From Octopus bimaculoides (Eukaryota), in contig NC_069004.1 of assembly GCF_001194135.2 (NCBI RefSeq), forward strand, positions 31,178,580 to 31,229,351: a DNA stretch of 50,772 bases, written 5' to 3'. The first letter of the stretch is position 1. Every line of letters begins with the position of its first letter. Of the stretch, positions 26,135 to 39,359 are shown piece by piece. Both the position numbers and the translations under genes were made by a program. The notes beneath the pieces are model-generated. The model searched no databases. It was not told where the DNA came from and saw only the letters and a program-made list of their open reading frames with translations.

Positions 26135-27485
26135 CAAGCTGGCAGAATCGTTGGTACGCTGGGCAAAATGCTTAACACCCTTTTGTCCATCTTTACGTTC
26201 TGAGTTCAAATTCCACCGAGGCTGACTTTGCATTTCTTCCTTTCAGGGTCGATAAATTAAGGACCAGTGAAACACTGGGGTCAATGTAATTGACTAGACC
26301 CCTCCACCCCCAAATTTCAGACTTTGTGCATTTAGTAAAAAGGATTATTATTATTATTATTAGAAAGGCAGTGAGGTGGAAGAATGGTAAGCACGCCGGG
26401 CGAAATGCTTAGTGGTATTTCATCTGACGCTACGTTCTGAGTTCAAATTCCACCGGCGTCGACTTTGCCTTTCATCCTTTCCTGAGTTGATTAAATAAAT
26501 ACCAGCTATGCACTGGGGTCGATGTAATCAACTTAATCCCTTCCTCCAAATTTGAGGCCTTGTACCTCCAGTAGAAAGGATTATTATTATTATTATTATT
26601 AAAGACACGACTTTAGGTCAATGGAATGGTAGAATTTTTAGAGCGTGAGAAAAAGTGTCCTGCAACATTTGTTCAGGCTCCTCATGTTCTGAGTTCAAAT
26701 CTCACTGAGGTCACCTTAGACTTTTATCTTATCAGGTCAATGATATAAAGTACCACTTGAGCAATAGTGTCCTCCTATCCCAAATTTCAGTTATTGTGTC
26801 TATATTAGAAAGAGTTGTCACTGCTCAAGATAAAACAAGGCAGAAGGTTGGCAAAATAGACAACATACCAGGTAAAATCCTTTGTCTTAATGTTCCGAGT
26901 TCAAATTCCACCGAGGTTGACTTTGCCTTTCTTCCTCTCGGGGGTTGATGACATATAAGCACCAGTCTAACTCTGGTGCTGGTGTAATCAACTTATCCTC
27001 TCTCCCAAAATTGCTGGCCTTGTGCCAAAATTTGAAACCAATTTTACAAATACCTGAGGCAGCAGGCTGGCAGAATCATTAATGTACGAGCTGGCAGAAT
27101 CGTTAGCACGCCGGGCGAAATGCTTAGCGGTATTTCGTCTGCCATTACGTTCCGAGTTCAAATTCCGCCAAGGTCGACTTTGCCTTTCATCCTTTCGGGG
27201 TCGATAAATTAAGTACCAGTTACGCACTGGGGTCGATGTAATCGACTTAATCCCTTTGTCTGTCCTTGTTTGTCCCCTCTATGTTTAGCCCCTTGTGGGC
27301 TATAAAGAAATAAGAATAATTAGTGTACAATGCGAAATGCTCAGCAGCATTTTGTGTGTCTTTACATTCTGAGTTCAAATTCCACCAAGGTCAACTTTGC
27401 CTTTCATCCTTTCAGGGTCGCTAAATTAAGTACCAGTGAAACACTGGGGGTCGATGTAATGGACTTAGTGCCAAAATTTGAAACC
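26135..27485 (+). mobile_element. Tandem array of six family-B SINEs
   Basis: Six GTTC(T/C)GAGTTCAAAT boxes (about 26197, 26434, 26687, 26892, 27149, 27368). Most are followed by a variant of GCCTTTCATCCTTTCGGGGTCGATAAATTAAGTACCAG. Several copies are separated by (TAT)n. Confidence 0.85.
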
Positions 27486-27519
27486 ATTATTATAAATAAT
27501 GAGGAGATACATTTATTAA

Positions 27520-27640
27520 TTTCAAACAAGCACAAAACTCCAATCTTCAAAGCAATAAACTCTGACTTTGATGCTCTTGCTGTAGTGTTCCAGCCACTTC
27601 AGGTAGGCCCCATGGAAGTCCTCCAAAGAATTTTAGTTAG
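27520..27640 (-). mobile_element. Mariner transposase C-terminal fragment
   Basis: Reads SLEDFHGAYLKWLEHYSKSIKVRVYCFED, resembling the mariner tail (F...F.KW.ER..KCI...G.YFE), followed by AATAAA. Confidence 0.5.
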
Positions 27641-27864
27641 CCCTTATTTCACACATTCTGTCCTTTTATGAATCCGAAGTTACTCTAGTGGTCGGTAAGA
27701 ATTGGGAATGTGTATCATATATGGTGCATGGATGTCAGGAAATTATGTTTTGAGTATCAGATGTGATACACTGGACAGGTAAAGGGTTAAAATGATCAGG
27801 TGCTGTTTAGGACTGGGTCAACCCTGATAGAGTAGACATGTTACCAGAAAAAATACCCTTTGTC

Positions 27865-28400
27865 ACTTACTTATCATATCTTGAACATCTCGTTTCTCTG
27901 GGCATTGACACATTAAAACATCAATGTCTAATAACTGACGTAGTCGAAGCCGACAAGATTATCCACCATCTTTCCATTGGCAACTTTAGACATCTCTTTG
28001 AATTCAATATCTCTGCCAAATACTTATAAAATCAAAAAAAACAGCACAGCACTCATGATTTTCAGAAACGTTTTTCACATTCAAAATTGTCGAAACATAG
28101 AATAAACTACCTTTGTTGGTTGTTAGCTGTCAGTACACTGCAGCCTTTAAAAATTCAATGATTACAAAATATGCCAACTCTACACCTGATGTACCTATAC
28201 ACCCTTCCTTTTTATGCTTCTTTTACTGTTCGTGTTTCTGTTTTATTCTGTGTACTCAGTATGTACATCGAGCTGTCATGGCTGCCTTTCTTCACTTGAC
28301 CTATTGCTGCTTTCTGCCCCCTTTTCTACCTAGTTGTAGGGAACCTGAGCAGTGTATATAATGTATATTTTTAAAATAATTTCTTAATGATATTCTCCAG
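27865..28400 (+). mobile_element. CR1-clade LINE 3' end
   Basis: Reads LSYLEHLVSLGIDTLKHQCLITDVVEADKIIHHL ... FFTFKIVET*NKLP, resembling the CR1 Y.ERL..LG..SLE.RRL..DL...YKI and FF..RVV..WN.LP motifs. A putative 3'UTR follows, with an ACACCTGATGTACCTATACACCC motif repeated near 28520. Confidence 0.7.
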
Positions 28401-29917
28401 CTGTCTTATTCACATTCCTAAGCCCAGAATGGCCAATCTATAGAATAAACAATCCACATTGGTTCTTAGCTGCCAGGACACTGCATCCTTCCATGCTTCC
28501 TGAAATTCACCAACACAAATCCTGATGTGCCTATACACCCTTTCCTCATTGTGGCTCTTTTAATATTCACTTTTCTTTCCTTTCGTGTTTTACTCTCTGT
28601 ACAGTAATCTCTCGCCATGTCGTGGTTCACCTATAGCAGCAGTTTATTATTTAAGCTTACGTCGATTCCTCCATGGTGTTGTTTTGCATTTATAATAAAT
28701 ATATATATACAAATTATAAAAAAAATAATAAAAATAATATATACAGTACAGTACTGTTCCTAGGGAATAAGATGACAGGAGAACATCGTTAAAAAAAATA
28801 TTTGTGAACTTCTTTTGTAAGATATTGGGGGTATGATCTGAAAGAGACTCAGCTGCTATTTCTAGCAGCTTCTGTTTCTACATAGATAAGAACTGTAGTT
28901 GGCTCACTAGAAACGATGTAGATGATTATGGCAAGCATGGTAGAATGAGCATTTGATAAGAATATGGAACTCTGTAGAACGGTAATGTGTGGTTAGCAGA
29001 GCATGACTAAACGATAATTGAGACTGGCAGATAATATAATAGGAAGACTGATATGAGAAAATGCAAAAATTAATAGATTTAAGACAAAAATAGACTTGCT
29101 GCTGTTGTTTAGCCATGGGTCAGTGAGAGCAAGTGGCCTTGTGGTTAAGTCATTTGCTTCACAAATTCTAAGGTCATGGGTTCAATTTTTGTTGGTGTGT
29201 TGTGTCCTTGAGCAAGGCACTTTATTTCACATTGCTCCATCAGTCCACTCAGATGGCAAAAATGAGTAGTACTTGTATTTCAAAGGGCCAGCCTTGTCAC
29301 ACTGAATTTCCCTGAGAACTATGATAAACATATGCGTATCTGTGGAGTACTCAGCCACTTGCACGTTAATTTCATGAGCAGGCTGTTCCGTTGATCAGTT
29401 CATCTGAAACCCTCATCATCATAACCTAATGGAATGCCAGTTTATATATGTGTATATATTCCCGGTGGCACATTGTGTCTCTTGAGCAAGACTCTTTATT
29501 TCAAATTGCTCTAGTTCACTCAACTGGCGAAATGAGTTGTACCTGTAATTCAAAGGGCCAGCCTTGTCACCTTCTGTGTCCCCCATTCTCTCCTCTTATT
29601 TACCATTCCCTCATCCGTCTATCTGGAATCATCACCCTCTCTCTCTCTCTCTTCTGTTCTTCCCCAGTTACAAGGAGCCACCTTATGGTCTTAGTCTTGC
29701 AAGCTATGAGGCAGTCAACCCTGGTGCTTGTGCCAAAAACAAAAAACAAACAAACACTATACTCTGTAAAGTGGTTGGCATTAGGAAGGGCATCAAGCCG
29801 TAGAGACTATGCCAAAGGAAACACTGGAGCATGATGCAATCTTCTGGTTTGTCAGACCTTGGCAAACAGTTCAACTCACACCAGTATGGAAGCTGAACCT
29901 TAAACAACAACAGCAAC

Positions 29918-29949
<32 letters not shown>

Positions 29950-30329
29950 TAATCCTTTCTACTGGAAGCAAAAGGCCTCAAATTTGGGTGACGGGATTAA
30001 GTCGATTACATCGACTCCCAGCACATAACTGGTACTTATTTAATCAACCCAAAAAGAATGAAAAGCAAAGGTGACCTTGGTGGAATTTGAACTTAGAACG
30101 TAGTGATGGGCAAAGTGCTGCTAGGCATTTTGTCCAGCATGCTAATGATTCTGCCAGCCTGCCGCCGCCTTAATAATAACAATAATAATCCTTTCTACTA
30201 AAGGCACAAGGCCTGAAAGGATGAACGGCAAAGATGACCTCGGCAGAATTTGAACTCAGAACATAGTGATGGGCGAAATACCACTAAGCATTTCATCCAG
30301 CCCAATAACGATTCTGCCGGCTTGCTGCC

Positions 30330-30374
<45 letters not shown>

Positions 30375-30595
30375 TTTTCTACTCTAGGCACAAGGCCCGA
30401 ATTTTTGGTGGGGGTGGGGTGCCAGTCGATTAGATCGACTCCAGTAAGCAACTGGTAGTTAATTTATCAACCCTGAAAGGATGAAAGGCAAAGTCAACCC
30501 CAGCAGAATTTGAACCCAGAACGTAAAGACAGACGAAATACTACTAACCATTTCTCCCGGTGTGCTAATGATTCTGCCAGCTCACCGCCATAATA
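29950..30595 (-). mobile_element. Tandem array of three family-B SINEs embedded in (AAT)n
   Basis: Reverse-complement family-B bodies (GAATTTGAAC at about 30084, 30247, 30506), each flanked by (AAT)n runs. Confidence 0.85.
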
Positions 30596-31468
30596 ATAAT
30601 AATAATAATAGCAATAATGATTACATCATCTAATGTATCTTAATCTTGTTTTTTTTCCTTCTTTTTTCTTTTTAAATCAGTGAAATATAAATTGAGATTT
30701 GGCTGCTATTTCCAGTAGATTGAGCAGCCTCTTAAGAGACTCCTTCATTAGCTCAAGCGGAATGATATAATAAATTAAGCAGTCAGAGAAAACACAACTT
30801 GTGCACTGCTTCGTATTCTGTGAGAATATGGAACGGCAGTAAGCAAAGCATGTGATTACCATTCCAAAGAATTTTGGTCAGATTCCAAAACAGAACTACT
30901 TACTTTAAGACAAGATGGTTAGCTTTGATAATAGATGATACTTGAATATTGGAATGCTTCTCTGCCACAAACAACTGGCATACCATCTGGTTCCAGATGA
31001 ACATTTACCATTATTGATCCTATTGTTCAGCCTCTAGTCAGTCCTGAATGAGCAAACATATGATCAAAGGCGCTCCAAATATGACCATCCTGCTTCTTTT
31101 TTTTTTTTCTCAAACTACATGATCTCTGTCCATCCGCATATTTTTTACGATGGTAGAATGTGACTTGAGGGAGATTTGGCTGCTATTTCTAGGAGGTCAA
31201 GTGACCGCATTGAGACCCCCACCTCTTTGTTGTTCCATAGTGTTTCTTTTTTCTTGTTGTTGTTTAGCCCATGGCTAGCCCTGATCGAGCAAACCTATGA
31301 TCAAAAGCATTCTAGGAATCCATTGAAAGGGGTTGAATGCCATTTTGCTTTCTTCTTAACTTTTATAAACATTTCATAATGCAAAACTAATTTTTCTCCG
31401 TGTTGATACCCTCCTCCTGCACCGACATCATGATCATCATTATTATTGACAATTATTATTATTATTAC

Positions 31469-31501
<33 letters not shown>

Positions 31502-34500
31502 TATCAGCACTGTGTGACATCGTCCTTGTTATTACTGTTATTGCTGTAGCTTTTATTATTATTATTATTATTATTTTGCTTTCATTCTTTCGGGGTTGAT
31601 AAAATAAGTACCAGTTGAACACTGGGGTCACTGTAATCGACTTACCCAATGCCCCCAAAATTGCCCGCCTTGTGCCAAAATTTGAAACGACTATTAGCTG
31701 CTATTTCCAGTAAATCAGTTAATATTCAAGCTGGCTGTTTGATGATTGTTGTTGGTTTTGTATACATTTGCTGCTTTCTTCCAAGGAATCTAATGCTCTT
31801 AGCTTAGTTTTTCTTTGGGGCTGGCCAGATTGGAGCAGTCTTGTGTATAACCAGCTGAAACTGCAAAGATAATATCTGGAACTCAGCTGACAAAAGAAAA
31901 CTCCAAATCACCCATCCGTGTCCCTTTTTGTATCATCCAACTGTCTGGATGTCTTGTCGCCTGTTGCGTTCTTGTCCTATTTTTTGTATTCTTTTTTTAT
32001 ATATATAGACACACACATATATATATGACAGGCTTCTTTTAGTTTCTGTCAATCAAATTCACCCACAAAGCTTTGGTCAGCCTGAGGCTATAGAAAACAC
32101 TTGTCCAAAGTGCCATGCGTTGGAACTGAACCTGGAACCATGTAGTTGGGAAGCAAACTTCTTACCACACACACTTGTGCCTCATTTTTTAAATCTTAAA
32201 GTTACAAAAAGATGCATGATTATAATTCAAACCAATTTGAAGAAATAAGGATTACGTTTGACAGACTAATGTGAATGCTAAAGCAGGGCAATTCCAGCCA
32301 TGATCAACCCTTCTTGTGAAGAATATGTCTAGGGTTACATGATCTAATGTTCTTTCCTTATTTAAGACAGATAGGAGTGAGCCGAGAGAGATTTGGCTGT
32401 GATTTCTTGTAGATTGAATGACCCCATAGGCAGGCCCTCATTATCCTTCACCTGTGGCCATGCTGGGTCATTGCCTTGAAGAATTTCAAGTCAAATAAAT
32501 TGACCCCAGTACTTGCTTTTGTTTTGCCAAACTGCTAAGTTGTAGGGATGTAAACACACCAACACCAGTTGTCAAAAGAGGGAGGGGACAAACTCAGACA
32601 CACACACACACAATGGGCTTCTTTCAGTTTCCATCTACCAAATCTACTCACAAGGCTTAGGTCGGCCCAAGGTTATAGTAGAAAATACTTGCCCAAGGTG
32701 CCACACAGTGGGACTGAACCCAGAACCATGTGGTTGGGAAGTAAACTTCTTACCACACAGCCATGCCTGCACCTCTGTTCTTATAAAACTCTCCCTTCTC
32801 CACATATTTGCATGTATTTACCTATGGAATCTTAGTAGAGTGCTACAAACCATTTGAAGAGATGACTAGAGAATACAGAATACCAAGTATCTTTGGTGGG
32901 GGAACTGTGCCTCCACATGGCATGTGTTTTACCATGGGGAGATTGGAATACAATCCTGCAAAAGAATGTGGTGGTGGTGGTGGATACAGGGAAGTAGTTG
33001 TTATTGGATGAAGAGATCCATCTGGTGGTGAGTGTGTGTGTGTGTGTGTGTGATGCAGTGTTGATATGGTAGAAGTATAAATACACGGATAAATACACAC
33101 ACACGCAATAGCCATCATAGACACAAACAGACGTCATGCACACACAGAGCAACCATTTCACACACACACACACAAGTACAGATATAGCACCCATCTCTCT
33201 CTCTCTCATACACACACACACACACCAGTCATCACACAGAGAATAGTCGTTACAGTCGCAGAGAGAGAACAGTCATTACACAAACACATACACAAAGAAA
33301 CGATCTCATATACACACCGGCGAACAGAGCAATTACCACACACACACACACATACACACAGGGCAACCAGTGCCAAAGTCTAAATCTAATAAGAGCATGA
33401 AATAAAATGATTATCGAAAATCCTTCATCGTAGGACGGCTACTGGAATGGCTTCACAGCCTCATACGATGCTGAACTCTGCATCACCACAACAAAAGCTA
33501 ACACAAACATTAACCAATTTTGCATTCTGTGAGTTGTTCTTCCTTTGTGGTATCTATTTAACAGCTAAGCAGACTGGTGTTATTTAAGAATTAAGTTGCC
33601 TGGCTACGGACACAATCCATTCTTCGGATTTCGACTGGTTGCTATGTGCTGAAATTCAAGATCTCTTATTCCAAGGGAGATTACTCTCTCCCCTTCTTAC
33701 TCTCTCTCTCTTCCCTCCCTTTCTCTCCCTTTCTCCCCCCTCTCTGAAACGAAAGACAGGCAGACAGACAGTCATGCAGACTTTGGAATCGGACAGAAAA
33801 AAAGAAGTTAAACACATAAAATGAAGTAACATGAAACCAACTAAACAAGACTAAATTAAATAAAACGACAGACTTAAAAACTATGAAACACTGCAGTTGT
33901 TTCCCCCCTCCCCGGACCCCCCACCTTTTGCGTAGCAGTTGTTAAACGGATATCTTAACCGGGGTGGTGCTGATGGTCTNNNNNNNNNNNNNNNNNNNNN
34001 NNNNNNNNNNNNNNNNNNNNNNNNNNNNNNNNNNNNNNNNNNNNNNNNNNNNNNNNNNNNNNNNNNNNNNNNNNNNNNNNNNNNNNNNNNNNNNNNNNNN
34101 NNNNNNNNNNNNNNNNNNNNNNNNNNNNNNNNNNNNNNNNNNNNNNNNNNNNNNNNNNNNNNNNNNNNNNNNNNNNNNNNNNNNNNNNNNNNNNNNNNNN
34201 NNNNNNNNNNNNNNNNNNNNNNNNNNNNNNNNNNNNNNNNNNNNNNNNNNNNNNNNNNNNNNNNNNNNNNNNNNNNNNNNNNNNNNNNNNNNNNNNNNNN
34301 NNNNNNNNNNNNNNNNNNNNNNNNNNNNNNNNNNNNNNNNNNNNNNNNNNNNNNNNNNNNNNNNNNNNNNNNNNNNNNNNNNNNNNNNNNNNNNNNNNNN
34401 NNNNNNNNNNNNNNNNNNNNNNNNNNNNNNNNNNNNNNNNNNNNNNNNNNNNNNNNNNNNNNNNNNNNNNNNNNNNNNNNNNNNNNNNNNNNNNNNNNNN

Positions 34501-34893
34501 NNNNNNNNNNNNNNNNNNNNNNNNNNNNNNNNNNNNNNNNNNNNNNNNNNNNNNNNNNNNNNNNNNNNNNNNNNNNNNNNNNNNNNNNNNNNNNNNNNNN
34601 NNNNNNNNNNNNNNNNNNNNNNNNNNNNNNNNNNNNNNNNNNNNNNNNNNNNNNNNNNNNNNNNNNNNNNNNNNNNNNNNNNNNNNNNNNNNNNNNNNNN
34701 NNNNNNNNNNNNNNNNNNNNNNNNNNNNNNNNNNNNNNNNNNNNNNNNNNNNNNNNNNNNNNNNNNNNNNNNNNNNNNNNNNNNNNNNNNNNNNNNNNNN
34801 NNNNNNNNNNNNNNNNNNNNNNNNNNNNNNNNNNNNNNNNNNNNNNNNNNNNNNNNNNNNNNNNNNNNNNNNNNNNNNNNNNNNNNNNNNNAC

Positions 34894-34942
<49 letters not shown>

Positions 34943-35783
34943 CATACATATGTATGTATTTGTGTCAGTGTTGTCCCCCCACCATCGTTTGACAACCGAT
35001 GTTGGTGTAATTATGTCTCCTTAATCCAGCAATTCGGCAAAAGAGACCAATAGAATAAGTACTGGGCTTACAAAGAATAAGTCCTGGAGTCGATTTGCTC
35101 GACTAAAGGGCGGTGCTCCAGCATGGCTACAGCCAAATGACAAACATGTAAAAGAAAAGAATACATGTGTGAGTGTGTGTGCATGTACCTATGTGTATAC
35201 GTCTGTGTTTGTCAACCACCACCACCACCACCACCACCGTGCAACAACCAGTGTTGGTTTGTGTACATCCCTACAACTTAGTAGTTCAGCAAAAAAACAA
35301 AAAAAATAAGATTAATACCAGGCTTAGAAAAAACAATATGTACGCAGGACATCATGCATCAATAGCTTTTGTTTTGAGTTCAAATTCTGCCGAGGTCGAC
35401 ATTGATAAATTAAGTACCAGTTGCATACTGGTGTCAATCTAATTGACTGGCCCCTTCCCCCAAAATTTCAGGCCTTGTGCCTAGAGTAGAAAAGAATGAC
35501 TTTGTCATGGTTTCCATGACTGGATGTCCTTCCTAATGCCAACCACTTTACAGAGTGGACTGGGATTTATTTCTGTGACACTTGATATTTTCCTTGTAAC
35601 TTCATAACGCTAAGGTCCTAATATATATGTGTGTGTATATATATATATATATATATGTCTGTGTGTGTATCATCATCATCATCATCGTTTAACGTCCGCT
35701 TTCCATGCTAGCATGTATATATAGAGATATATGTAGAACTTATGTGTGCTTCTTCTTTTGGATCTATGTTCTTACCAAACGAT

Positions 35784-35821
<38 letters not shown>

Positions 35822-35840
35822 TTATATATATATATATATA

Positions 35841-35994
35841 TACAGCAGGGTTTACCACCATCCCCCGCTGGAGCCACATGGAACTTTAGGTGTTTTCGCT
35901 CAGTAAACACTCACAATACCCGGTCTGGGAATCGAAACTGTGATCCTATGACAGCAAGTCCGCTGCCCTAACCATTGGTACCATTGCACCTCCA
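35841..35994 (-). mobile_element. Family A SINE, 5' portion only
   Basis: Matches the head and first part of the body of family A, then breaks into (TA)n. Confidence 0.75.
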
Positions 35995-36110
35995 CTATTA
36001 TGATGAATAGATATAGAGTTCTGTCAACGTATTCTTTCTTTTTACTGCAAACGTCTGTAACTAATACCATTTACATTAGTAGTTAACTGTATTCTATTCT
36101 ATTTTTTCAG

Positions 36111-36287
36111 GATGTCTTTTACAAAGTAATTCGCTCCGAAGAATTATTCAGCTTATGGAATGGTTTCACTCCATATTATGCCAGACTTGGTCCTCATACA
36201 GTTCTCACTTTTATTTTCCTGGAGCAAATGAACAAGATGTATCGTAGAATTGTTATGGACGATCTGGAAGGACGCAGTGGTTTGTAG
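36111..36287 (+). CDS. SLC25A11: Mitochondrial 2-oxoglutarate/malate carrier (SLC25A11-like), terminal coding exon (58 aa + stop)
   Basis: Acceptor ttctattttttcag|GAT at 36110/36111. Translates as DVFYKVIRSEELFSLWNGFTPYYARLGPHTVLTFIFLEQMNKMYRRIVMDDLEGRSGL*. GFTPYYARLGPHTVLTFIFLEQMNK matches the SLC25A11 C-terminus as I recall it. Missing from the ORF track because it has no start codon. Confidence 0.9.
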   Translation, partial: DVFYKVIRSEELFSLWNGFTPYYARLGPHTVLTFIFLEQMNKMYRRIVMDDLEGRSGL

Positions 36288-36752
36288 TGTTTAACAATTG
36301 GCAGCTGANNNNNNNNNNNNNNNNNNNNNNNNNNNNNNNNNNNNNNNNNNNNNNNNNNNNNNNNNNNNNNNNNNNNNNNNNNNNNNNNNNNNNNNNNNNN
36401 NNNNNNNNATGTGTGTGTGTGTGTGTAGATATAATGTATAATACGAAAATGCATCAGTAGAACAAACTGGATATTGAGACAATGCTCCATGAAAACTGTA
36501 CCAAACCTATATACATGCCTGTGTGTGTGTGCATCTATGTGATTATATATGCGTGTGTGTGTGTGTAGGTATATATGCATGTAGGTATGTATATATGTAG
36601 GTATGTGTGTATAGACCTATATAAGTTGACTGTTCTTTGCTAGTTTCCCCTAGCATTGTTTCATAAATGTCAAATCTTTGTATTTAAGCAGACAGAATAT
36701 TATATTTATAACGTATAAATGTTACTAGAACACACAGAATAATGCCTTCATA

Positions 36753-36795
<43 letters not shown>

Positions 36796-37342
36796 NNNNN
36801 NNNNNNNNNNNNNNNNNNNNNNNNNNNNNNNNNNNNNNNNNNNNNNNNNNNNNNNNNNNNNNNNNNNNNNNNNNNNNNNNNNNNNNNNNNNNNNNNNNNN
36901 NNNNNNNNNNNNNNNNNNNNNNNNNNNNNNNNNNNNNNNNNNNNNNNNNNNNNNNNNNNNNNNNNNNNNNNNNNNNNNNNNNNNNNNNNNNNNNNNNNNN
37001 NNNNNNNNNNNNNNNNNNNNNNNNNNNNNNNNNNNNNNNNNNNNNNNNNNNNNNNNNNNNNNNNNNNNNNNNNNNNNNNNNNNNNNNNNNNNNNNNNNNN
37101 NNNNNNNNNNNNNNNNNNNNNNNNNNNNNNNNNNNNNNNNNNNNNNNNNNNNNNNNNNNNNNNNNNNNNNNNTATATATATATATATACATATATATGAC
37201 AAGCTTCTTTCGGTTTCCGTTTACCAAATCCACTCACAAGGCTTTGGTTGGCCCGAGGCTATAGTAGAAGACACTTGCCCAAGGTGCCACATAGTGGGAC
37301 TGAACCCAGAACCATGTGGTTGGTAAGCAAGTTACTAGCCAC

Positions 37343-37377
<35 letters not shown>

Positions 37378-37624
37378 TTGTGTTTTGTTTTCCATCTTTT
37401 ACTTGTTTCAGTCATTAGACTGTGGCCATGCTGGGGCATCGATTTGAAGAATTTCAGTCAAATGAATTGATCCCAGGACTTATTTTTAAGCCTGGTACTC
37501 ATTCTATCAGTCTCTTTTTGCCAAACTGATAAGTTAAAATAACAGAAACATTTCAGCAGTGATGGTGGACAAGCACAGACCTAAATACACACGCACACAT
37601 ATTAATTGATGCGTACAGTATTAT

Positions 37625-37895
37625 ATATCCATCATGGCTGCTCTTACCAATCAGTTTCACATTCGCAGGATCTTTGCGCTTCCAGACCCTTCTCCTCCAT
37701 GCTGGTCGTCTTCTGAGCAACCACTTATCTCTGATCCTGAAGTCACTAACTACTAGTCTATGTTGTGGCGTACATTCTTCACCTGGGAAGGTTTCAGCAT
37801 TTATAAGCAGCCATCTTTTCCTTTTTCTGGCAAGGATGTAGTCAATTTGGCTAGTGTGTCTGCCAGAACGGTAGGTGACTAGGTGACTGGCTGAC
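37625..37895 (-). mobile_element. RTE-clade LINE AP-endonuclease fragment
   Basis: Open frame HLVTYRSGRHTSQIDYILARKRKRWLLINAETFPGEECTPQHRLVVSDFRI, carrying the SQIDYIL and QHRLVV.D endonuclease motifs. Confidence 0.85.
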
Positions 37896-38409
37896 TGTCA
37901 GGTCATTGAAGTTCTTTTTATATCTGAATCGAGTAGGGAAGTGTATATTGATTATATTAAGCATAGTTCTGGAAAAGATTTAGTTAAATGTTGCCAAAGG
38001 TCTCAGTTATTTGTCGTTGCCTCTGTGAAGCCCAACGCTTGAAAGGTGCTTTTTTATGTGCCACTGTCATGGGTGATAGTTACGTGACACTGGCATCAGC
38101 CACATTGCATCCATGCAGCCCAATGTCCAAAGACCATGCTTCACCACTTCGTCCCATGTCTCCTTGGGTCTGCCTCTTCCACAGGTTCCCTCCACTGTTA
38201 CAGATCGGCAACTTCTTTACACAGCAGAACTCATCCATACGCATCACATGACTAGTCATCTCTCTTGCACACCACATCTGATGCCTCTTAAGCCCAACTG
38301 TATATGCATAAGTGTGTGTGTGTGTGTATATATATATATTTGTTTATATATATATATATATATATATATTTGTGTATGTATATATCTATCTATCTCTCTC
38401 TCTCTCTAT

Positions 38410-38441
<32 letters not shown>

Positions 38442-39359
38442 GTGTGTGTATGTATATATATATATATATATATAAATGAAATATTCAAACACTGAAATTT
38501 GAAGTTAGATGTCACTACTGTTCATATCATCTGTGGATAAATTCAAAATTTGATGATATCACCAGTAGTAGCATTGGTGGAACGCAGTTATGATAGCTTT
38601 ATCGAGCTATGAAATATCGTAATGATGCTTAATGAGCATCTACCGGCTAGAAATAAGAGCCAAGTCTTAAATAATCCACCGTANNNNNNNNNNNNNNNNN
38701 NNNNNNNNNNNNNNNNNNNNNNNNNNNNNNNNNNNNNNNNNNNNNNNNNNNNNNNNNNNNNNNNNNNNNNNNNNNNNNNNNNNNNNNNNNNNNNNNNNNN
38801 NNNNNNNNNNNNNNNNNNNNNNNNNNNNNNNNNNNNNNNNNNNNNNNNNNNNNNNNNNNNNNNNNNNNNNNNNNNNNNNNNNNNNNNNNNNNNNNNNNNN
38901 NNNNNNNNNNNNNNNNNNNNNNNNNNNNNNNNNNNNNNNNNNNNNNNNNNNNNNNNNNNNNNNNNNNNNNNNNNNNNNNNNNNNNNNNNNNNNNNNNNNN
39001 NNNNNNNNNNNNNNNNNNNNNNNNNNNNNNNNNNNNNNNNNNNNNNNNNNNNNNNNNNNNNNNNNNNNNNNNNNNNNNNNNNNNNNNNNNNNNNNNNNNN
39101 NNNNNNNNNNNNNNNNNNNNNNNNNNNNNNNNNNNNNNNNNNNNNNNNNNNNNNNNNNNNNNNNNNNNNNNNNNNNNNNNNNNNNNNNNNNNNNNNNNNN
39201 NNNNNNNNNNNNNNNNNNNNNNNNNNNNNNNNNNNNNNNNNNNNNNNNNNNNNNNNNNNNNNNNNNNNNNNNNNNNNNNNNNNNNNNNNNNNNNNNNNNN
39301 NNNNNNNNNNNNNNNNNNNNNNNNNNNNNNNNNNNNNNNNNATATATATATAGTTCAAA

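Noticed and set aside
26135-27485. Regularly spaced repeats superficially resembling a CRISPR array
   Set aside because: The units are ~200-250 bp eukaryotic SINEs with no unique spacers and no cas genes.
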